A DNA stretch of 64,000 bases from Flavobacteriales bacterium. Lineage in GTDB: Bacteria > Bacteroidota > Bacteroidia > Flavobacteriales_F > PHOS-HE28. Below the pieces are notes generated by a model. That model was not told where the DNA came from, did no database searches, and worked only from the letters and a program-made list of their open reading frames with translations. Of this stretch, positions 57,996 to 64,000 are shown piece by piece. A program made the position numbers and the translations under genes. Every line of letters begins with the position of its first letter. The first letter of the stretch is position 1. The stretch lies in assembly GCA_020635715.1 (NCBI GenBank), contig JACJZG010000012.1, forward strand, positions 24,680-88,679, given 5' to 3'.

Positions 57996-58787
57996 TTAGA
58001 AGTTCAACGTGGCCGCCAGGAAGGGCATCCCCACGGGTGTCACTTTCGTGCTGAACTCCTTGTCGTACGCCAGACCCACATCAATGGCCAGCGCCTCTCC
58101 CAGGATGCGCACACCGGCCGCATGAGCGCTGAAACCGCGATCGGGATCACTGAAGACCCAATGCTCGGTGACCAACATGACGTTCGCAAGAACACGCGCC
58201 GCCCCACCGATGTTGAACACCGGGCCGCGACCCATCTCCTGTCCATCATGCGTCAGACCTCCGGATAGCGTGAGCTGATAGTCCTTGCTACCTAAGGTGA
58301 CCATGGCCAAGGCTGTGAAGAAGCCGTTGGATATCGGGGTCCCTTCAGGCACAGGAGCGCCCACCGGCACCCGCGCGTTCAGGTAGGTGATGGATGCGCC
58401 GAGGTGGAAGAGTTCGGATGTCGAGCCACACACCTGTATCCTCCCGGTATATACCGGACCGCCATCACGCGCCCGGATCAGCGAGATCAGGTCCAACGAG
58501 CCGGAAGCTGAGAGATTTTCCGTTAGCCCGTATGCGACCGTGTTCAAGGACACCATGGTGTTCTTGTAATACCCTGTCTGCTTGCGCAGGGGAATGGCGG
58601 AGAGCGTGACGAAGTAGTGGGAACCGTAGGTGTTGTTGGTGCGCTTCACACGCGGGGTGAACCGCTTACCGGCCACCCCCAGGCCGTGCGCGGCCTCCAC
58701 GTAGCCCGGCCCGTTCGCCGCGATGTCCGGGACCAACAACGGCAATAGCACGATCAGTTGAAGGACCCTTAGAAGCTCGTTACCCAT
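57996..58787 (-). CDS. Hypothetical outer-membrane beta-barrel-like protein
   Basis: Signal-like start MGNELLRVLQLIVLLPLL, alternating hydrophobic beta pattern, and a terminal ...AATLNF*. No family recognised. Confidence 0.45.
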   Translation of the reverse strand: MGNELLRVLQLIVLLPLLVPDIAANGPGYVEAAHGLGVAGKRFTPRVKRTNNTYGSHYFVTLSAIPLRKQTGYYKNTMVSLNTVAYGLTENLSASGSLDLISLIRARDGGPVYTGRIQVCGSTSELFHLGASITYLNARVPVGAPVPEGTPISNGFFTALAMVTLGSKDYQLTLSGGLTHDGQEMGRGPVFNIGGAARVLANVMLVTEHWVFSDPDRGFSAHAAGVRILGEALAIDVGLAYDKEFSTKVTPVGMPFLAATLNF

Positions 58788-58969
58788 GATCGCGCCGCAG
58801 TAGCCGAAGATAGACGAGCTCGACCCATGCACGGATGCCTGGCCGCAGATCATCGCCCCGATGATCGAACCACCCCACCCAGGGCCGGGTACTGGATACA
58901 ACAACCCCCATGGCTTGCCGTAGATTTGTTCGAACATCCACGGCAGGAAGGCCGTACCGGGTGTGGAGC

Positions 58970-61900
58970 ATGCGGGAAAGCCAGGATCTGATCGTCAAAC
59001 TGGACGCCTTTGTTCGGAAGTATTACAAGGACCGGGTGATCCGGGGCCTGTTATACAGCGTGGGGCTGCTCGTGGCCTTCTACCTGGCGGCGGCATTGCT
59101 CGAATATGTCGGCCATTTCGGGACCGCCGCGCGCACCCTGCTGTTCTGGGGCACGGTCCTGGCCGCCACCCTCGTTGTCCTGCGTTTCATCGCGATCCCC
59201 TTGCTCAAGCTTTTCCGACTGGGCCCGGTCATCAGCCACGAGGAGGCGGCCCGCATCATCGGCACACACTTCGCCGAGGTGAAGGACAAACTGCTGAACA
59301 CCCTGCAGCTCCGGCATATGGCGGATGCCACACCGGAACAGCGCGCCTTGATCACGGCGGCCATCACACAGCGCAGCCGGGAGCTGGGACCCGTGGCCTT
59401 CGTCAACGCCATCGACCTTCGGCGCAACACCCGCTACCTGCGCTATGCCCTGCCGCCGCTCGCCGTGCTCCTGGTGTTGCTCCTAGCGGCGCCAAGCCTG
59501 ATCACAGGTCCCACCGAACGGCTCATCGCCCATGGCAGTGACTTCATTCCCGACGCACCCTTCCGCTTCGTGCTGGTGAACGACAGCCTGGAGGTGCCCG
59601 AAGATCAGGACTTCGAAGTGGTGGTGGTCATCGAGGGTCAGGCCATCCCCCAACAAGCAGAGCTCGAGATCGGGGACCAGCGCATTCCGATGGTGAAGAA
59701 GGACGCCACGCACTTCACCCATCGTTTCCGGAACGTACAGCAGGCCATCACTTTCCGGTTCGCTGCCGAGGGTCACCGATCCGAAGGCCATACCCTGCGC
59801 ACCATCCCCGACCCGCTCCTGCTCGACTTCGGCTTGCACTTGGAATACCCGGCCTACCTGGGTCGCCCCGCAGAAGAGGTGAGCAATACCGGGGACATCA
59901 CCGTGCCTGCCGGGACACGCGTCACGTGGGAGGTGAACGCCCGCAGTGCCGATGCCATGGACCTCGCCTTCGACGATACGACCCTGGTGCTCGCACCTGC
60001 GGCCGCCACTGCGGTCCACGGCAGGTTCCGCGCTTCGCGTAGGCTGTTGCATAGCCACACCTACCGCATGCGGCCGCGTCATGGCGATAGAGCCGCTCGG
60101 GATCCGCTGCAGTACCGGGTCGAAGTGGTCCCCGATCTTTACCCGACGATCCAGGTGGACACGCGCACCGACAGCACGGCCCTCAAGCGTTTGTTCTATC
60201 GGGGTGTCATTGCCGATGACCATGGCTTCAAGCGCCTGCGGTTCCACTACCGATTCGTGGCCGGCGGCGATAGTGTGCCCACCGAACTGCGATCCGGGGT
60301 TTCCGACCTGCCCTTCGATGCGAAGAACACCCGGCAGGAGTTCTTCCACAGCTGGGATGTCTACGGTTTCACCATCAACCCAGGCGACCGCATCGAACAC
60401 TGGTTCGAGGTATGGGACAACGATGGTGTGAACGGCAGTAAGAGCGCACGGTCCACGCCGCAGGTCTTCGCCGCACCCACCCTCAAAGAGCTGGCCGAGA
60501 AGGAGGAACAACAGAGCGAGGAGATCAAGAGCGGCCTGAAGGAACGGATCAAGGAAGCGCAGGACCTGCAGAAGGAACTGGACAAGTTGCGCCGCGATCT
60601 GCTCGAGAAGAAAGAGATCAACTGGCAGGACAAGCAGAAGCTGGAGAACGTGATGCAGCGCCAGCAGCAGCTTCAAGAGGCGATCGAGAAAAGCGCCGAA
60701 CAACTGCGCGAGTCCCAGCAGCTGCAGCAGGAGTTCAGGCCGGAGGATCAACGGCTCCTCGAGAAACAACAACAAGTGCAGGAGCTCTTCGAGAACGTGT
60801 TGAGCGAGGAGATGAAGGAGTTGTACCGGCAGGTGCAGGAGCTCATGGAGAAGCTGGACAAGGACAAGTTGCAGGAACAACTCCAGGAGATGAAGATGGA
60901 CCAGGAGGACATCGAGAAGGAACTGGACCGCGCGCTGGAGACCTTCAAACGCATGGAGGTGGAACAGAAGGCCGAGGACATCGCCAAGCAACTGGAAGAA
61001 CTGGCCGACAAACAGGAGGAGTTGGCACAGGACACCGAGGCGGGCAAGACCGATCAGGAGGTGTTGAAAGAGCGCCAGGAGGAATTGAACAAGGAGATGA
61101 AGGACCTCTCCGAACAACTGGACGAGCTGGAGAAGAAGAACGAGGAACTGGAGTCACCGATGGACATACCCAGGACCGACGAGCAGGAGCAGGGGATCCA
61201 GGAGGATCAGCAGCAGAGCAGCCAGGAACTCAACAAGAAGCAGAACCAGAAGGCCGGGAAGTCCCAAAAGAACGCCGCTGAGAAGATGGATCAACTGGCC
61301 TTCCAAATGCGCAGCGGCATGCAGAGCGGCGCACAAGAGCAGCAGGAAGAGGACATGGAGGCCCTGCGCCAGCTCCTGGAGAACATCGTACAGCTCAGCT
61401 TCGATGAGGAGCGCCTGATGGGCGCTGTCACCACCACCAGCACCAAGGACCCGCGTTTCGTCGAGCAGGGACGTGAGCAGCGCAAACTGCGGGACGATGC
61501 CAAGGTGATCGAGGATTCGCTCTTCGCCCTGAGCAAGCGCGTACCGCAGTTGCACAGCATCGTGAACCGGGAGATGAACGCGGTGAACGGGAACATGGAT
61601 GAGGCCGTTCGCTTGCTGGGCGATGCCCGCGCCAATGAGCGGTCGAAACCGATGGCCGCGGACAAGCAGCAGCACGCCATGACCAGCCTCAACAACCTCG
61701 CCTTGCTGCTTGACGAAGCCCTGCAACAGATGATGGCGCAAATGATGGCCCAGAGCAAACCGGGAAGCGGCAACTGCAACAAGCCCGGAGGCTCCGGCGC
61801 CAAGCCCAGTGATAGTGGCAAGATGGCCAGGATGAAGGCGAACCAGCAGTCCCTGCAGAAGCAGCTCGAGGAGATGCGCAAGGCCATGCAGGAGGGGAAG

Positions 61901-62383
61901 AAGCCCGGCGAGAAGCCCGGTGAGAAGAACCAGGGCAGCATGGGCATGCCGGGCATGAGCCAGCAGTTGGCCCAGATGGCCGCCCAACAAGCCGCCATAC
62001 GCAAGGAGATGCAGCGACTGGCACAGGAGCTCAACAAGGATGGCAGCGGGGCCGGCAACCCCCTCAACAAGCTGGCCGAGCAGATGGAGCAGAACGAGAA
62101 GGACATCGTGAACAAGAACATCACGCCCGAGACGTTGCGCCGCCAGCAGGAGATCATGACCCGGCTGCTGGAGCATGAAAAGGCCGAACGGGAACGCGAG
62201 CTCGATCAGCAGCGCACGAGCAACGAAGGCCGGCAATTGCCTGCCGCCGACCCGGCGCGTTATTTCGACTACCAGCGGAGGAAAGCGCGGGAAGCGGAAC
62301 TGTTACGAACAGTGCCACCGGGATTGAAGCCCTATTATCGCGATCGGGTCAATGCCTATTTCGGTACTTTTGACCGACCCTGA
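58970..62383 (+). CDS. Large membrane-anchored coiled-coil protein, DUF4175-like
   Basis: The N-terminus LDAFVRKYYKDRVIRGLLYSVGLLVAFYLAAALLEYVGHF...AARIIGTHFAEVKDKLLNTLQL, with 2-3 TM segments, matches my memory of DUF4175. The middle ~650 aa is an extreme E/Q/K-rich coiled coil. Start taken at MRESQDL (58970). Confidence 0.55.
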   Translation: MRESQDLIVKLDAFVRKYYKDRVIRGLLYSVGLLVAFYLAAALLEYVGHFGTAARTLLFWGTVLAATLVVLRFIAIPLLKLFRLGPVISHEEAARIIGTHFAEVKDKLLNTLQLRHMADATPEQRALITAAITQRSRELGPVAFVNAIDLRRNTRYLRYALPPLAVLLVLLLAAPSLITGPTERLIAHGSDFIPDAPFRFVLVNDSLEVPEDQDFEVVVVIEGQAIPQQAELEIGDQRIPMVKKDATHFTHRFRNVQQAITFRFAAEGHRSEGHTLRTIPDPLLLDFGLHLEYPAYLGRPAEEVSNTGDITVPAGTRVTWEVNARSADAMDLAFDDTTLVLAPAAATAVHGRFRASRRLLHSHTYRMRPRHGDRAARDPLQYRVEVVPDLYPTIQVDTRTDSTALKRLFYRGVIADDHGFKRLRFHYRFVAGGDSVPTELRSGVSDLPFDAKNTRQEFFHSWDVYGFTINPGDRIEHWFEVWDNDGVNGSKSARSTPQVFAAPTLKELAEKEEQQSEEIKSGLKERIKEAQDLQKELDKLRRDLLEKKEINWQDKQKLENVMQRQQQLQEAIEKSAEQLRESQQLQQEFRPEDQRLLEKQQQVQELFENVLSEEMKELYRQVQELMEKLDKDKLQEQLQEMKMDQEDIEKELDRALETFKRMEVEQKAEDIAKQLEELADKQEELAQDTEAGKTDQEVLKERQEELNKEMKDLSEQLDELEKKNEELESPMDIPRTDEQEQGIQEDQQQSSQELNKKQNQKAGKSQKNAAEKMDQLAFQMRSGMQSGAQEQQEEDMEALRQLLENIVQLSFDEERLMGAVTTTSTKDPRFVEQGREQRKLRDDAKVIEDSLFALSKRVPQLHSIVNREMNAVNGNMDEAVRLLGDARANERSKPMAADKQQHAMTSLNNLALLLDEALQQMMAQMMAQSKPGSGNCNKPGGSGAKPSDSGKMARMKANQQSLQKQLEEMRKAMQEGKKPGEKPGEKNQGSMGMPGMSQQLAQMAAQQAAIRKEMQRLAQELNKDGSGAGNPLNKLAEQMEQNEKDIVNKNITPETLRRQQEIMTRLLEHEKAERERELDQQRTSNEGRQLPAADPARYFDYQRRKAREAELLRTVPPGLKPYYRDRVNAYFGTFDRP

Positions 62384-62388
62384 ACGCC

Positions 62389-62826
62389 ATGGCCGCTTTG
62401 ATCGAAGAGCTGGAATTCACCCAACGGATCGACTTTCCGGCGAAGGCGGAGAACATCGCCCTCGCTGAAAAGCTGATCGACGAGGCCTGCACCAAGCACC
62501 AGGTGCACGAAAGCCACTACGGCAACATCCTCATCGCCCTCACCGAAGCCGTCAACAACGCCATCCACCACGGCAATGCACTGGACCCCTCCCGGTCCGT
62601 GACCGTGGGTTATGAAGTGAAGGACGGCCGCATCATCTTCATGGTCCAGGATCAGGGACCCGGCTTCGACCACGAGCACCTCCCCGACCCCACCGACCCA
62701 CAGAACATCGAGAAGCCCCACGGCCGCGGTGTCTTCCTCATGCGGGCCCTCGCCGACAGTGTCGAGTTCAGTGACAATGGGGCCACCGTGGCGATGGCCT
62801 TCAGCCTTCAGCCCGTTTCGGAGTGA
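62389..62826 (+). CDS. RsbW/SpoIIAB-type ATP-binding protein (anti-sigma serine kinase fold, HATPase_c_2)
   Basis: 145 aa with ALTEAVNNAIHHGN (N box), QDQGPGF (G1) and GRGVFLMRALADSVEF. Confidence 0.7.
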   Translation: MAALIEELEFTQRIDFPAKAENIALAEKLIDEACTKHQVHESHYGNILIALTEAVNNAIHHGNALDPSRSVTVGYEVKDGRIIFMVQDQGPGFDHEHLPDPTDPQNIEKPHGRGVFLMRALADSVEFSDNGATVAMAFSLQPVSE

Positions 62827-63260
62827 TGGCCACCAGCGGCACCATCGGGTTCATCGTTCAAGAAGTACCCGATGCGTTCCGTGAACGGACTCGCCTGAGG
62901 AAGTGGCTGCACCGGGTGGCCCAGGACCACGGCACACGCATCGATGCGGTCAACTTCGTCCTGATGCACGACAACGGCCTGCTCTACTTCAACCAGACCT
63001 TCCTTGGCCACGACGACTATACGGACGTGATCACCTTCCCCGTGGACAACAACAATGGAGTGGCCGGCGATGTGCTTATGAGCTATGACCGCATCAAGGA
63101 GAATGCGGTCGCTTACCACGTGCCCGCCGCTGCCGAGCTGCGCCGTGTAATGGTGCACGGCCTGCTGCACCTGCTCGGTCACAAGGACAAGACCAAGGCC
63201 CAACGCGAGGCCATGCGCGCCATGGAGGAGAAGTACCTCGCGCGCTTCCAGCGGATGTGA
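62823..63260 (+). CDS. ybeY: rRNA maturation endoribonuclease YbeY
   Basis: Zinc motif HGLLHLLGHKD. 145 aa. ATGA overlap with the upstream kinase-like ORF. Confidence 0.9.
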   Translation: MMATSGTIGFIVQEVPDAFRERTRLRKWLHRVAQDHGTRIDAVNFVLMHDNGLLYFNQTFLGHDDYTDVITFPVDNNNGVAGDVLMSYDRIKENAVAYHVPAAAELRRVMVHGLLHLLGHKDKTKAQREAMRAMEEKYLARFQRM

Positions 63261-63284
63261 TCCGTCAGGAGCCCCGTCCAACAT

Positions 63285-63316
63285 GAACAAGGGCTGCCCT
63301 GGGGCAGCCCTTGTTC
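63285..63316. terminator. Bidirectional hairpin (GAACAAGGGCTGCC-CTGG-GGCAGCCCTTGTTC)
   Basis: 14-bp perfect stem with a 4-nt loop, between the convergent ybeY (stop 63260) and the minus-strand ORF (stop 63336). Confidence 0.6.
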
Positions 63317-63335
63317 AAATGGAGGTCCCGGCGGG

Positions 63336-63770
63336 TCACTTGGTCATCGGAGCCTTGCTTGCCCCCGAGAGCACGCCTTTCTGCTCATCCAGTTCCTTGC
63401 GGAAGCTGGCGATGTGTTCACGGGCGGTGCCGAACACCGTCTTGCTATCCGCATCCGTGGCCTTGTTCACCAGCTCCAGCTGCTCGTTGATGCGAGCCTG
63501 AATGCCCTTGAGCGTTTCGCCAGCCGCCGTGTACTTGTCATGCTCGGCACCCGACGTGGTCGAGGCTAGATCCATGGCACGTTTGCCAAGTTCCTGCGCC
63601 TGGCCCATCGCCCCTTTCAGTTCGCCGGATAGTTGACGCTTCTGGTGCATGAGCTCATCGCTCGCAGTGGCCTTCGTTCCGGAGGCCATCGGTTTGGTCA
63701 CGCTCTCTTGAGCCATCGTGGCGGTGCAGCTCAGCAATGCCACGACAAAGGGAAGTAGGATCTTGCGCAT
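63336..63770 (-). CDS. Secreted helical hypothetical protein
   Basis: Signal peptide MRKILLPFVVALLSCTATMAQ followed by a ~120-aa helical K/E/A/L-rich region. No family recognised. The listed start 63890 is an extension. Confidence 0.45.
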   Translation of the reverse strand: MRKILLPFVVALLSCTATMAQESVTKPMASGTKATASDELMHQKRQLSGELKGAMGQAQELGKRAMDLASTTSGAEHDKYTAAGETLKGIQARINEQLELVNKATDADSKTVFGTAREHIASFRKELDEQKGVLSGASKAPMTK

Positions 63771-63919
63771 GGTCGGTTCAGGTTCTGTTCGGTTGTGACG
63801 TTCGGTGGTCTCGAATGGTTGTTCGCCCATCCAATACCGTGCCGCCAAGATAGCACCATCTCCGCGGCAGCGGTCGAGCTTCCCGCTCATGCTTACTTTC
63901 GAACCTCAACCCCGAGGCC

Positions 63920-64000
63920 ATGCGCACCACGCTCATCCCCATCCTTCTCTCCTTCCTCACCCTTGGCGCCTCCAGCCAGGACACCTTCACCCTGAGCAGC
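63920..64000 (+). CDS. 5' end of a secreted protein (runs off the window)
   Basis: ATG at 63920 gives MRTTLIPILLSFLTLGASSQDTFTLSS, a signal-peptide-like start that is still open at the window end. Confidence 0.3.
   Translation, partial: MRTTLIPILLSFLTLGASSQDTFTLSS

Noticed and set aside
59483-62236. Minus-strand ORFs of 544 and 360 codons antisense to the DUF4175-like gene
   Set aside because: They are Leu/Gln/His-rich mirror images of the E/Q/K coiled-coil codons (GAG/CAG/AAG read as CTC/CTG/CTT), so they are artefacts of the repeat composition.

Overview
This is a 64-kb high-GC (about 60-65% by eye) chromosomal segment that looks like a Bacteroidota genome. The evidence for that is: type IX secretion (T9SS) parts (a PorW/SprE-like lipoprotein, a PorP/SprF-like membrane protein, a PorZ-like propeller protein, and both type A and type B C-terminal sorting domains); TAnnTTTG -7 promoter boxes; and an F-ATPase operon atpB-E-F-H-A-G that lacks atpD/atpC. 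About 45 protein genes, one tRNA-Cys and several hairpin terminators can be supported. Most genes are housekeeping or envelope functions: ATP synthase, dut, gatA, tatA, gltX, folB, recO, ybeY, oligopeptidase B, M23/EnvC peptidases and a LysM transglycosylase. The window is dominated by a minus-strand giant adhesin gene running from 17,296 to about 34,244, roughly 5,650 codons if contiguous. It consists of about 53 tandem 88-aa two-cysteine modules, two PKD-like domains and a type B T9SS sorting domain, and its PorP/SprF partner gene touches its stop codon. The most unusual observation is a patchy tract of about 10.4 kb (about 28.8-39.3 kb) that is riddled with frameshifts. It covers the 5' third of the adhesin gene, a 2.5-kb stretch with no credible ORF, a sensor histidine kinase and the 5' end of a Wzx-like flippase, yet an enoyl-CoA hydratase gene in the middle is perfectly intact. 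This is either unpolished assembly sequence or a real block of decaying surface and sensing genes, and it needs read-level checking. I saw no CRISPR array, transposase, integrase, reverse transcriptase or recognisable defence system. All family assignments come from motif recognition by eye, because no database search was possible.
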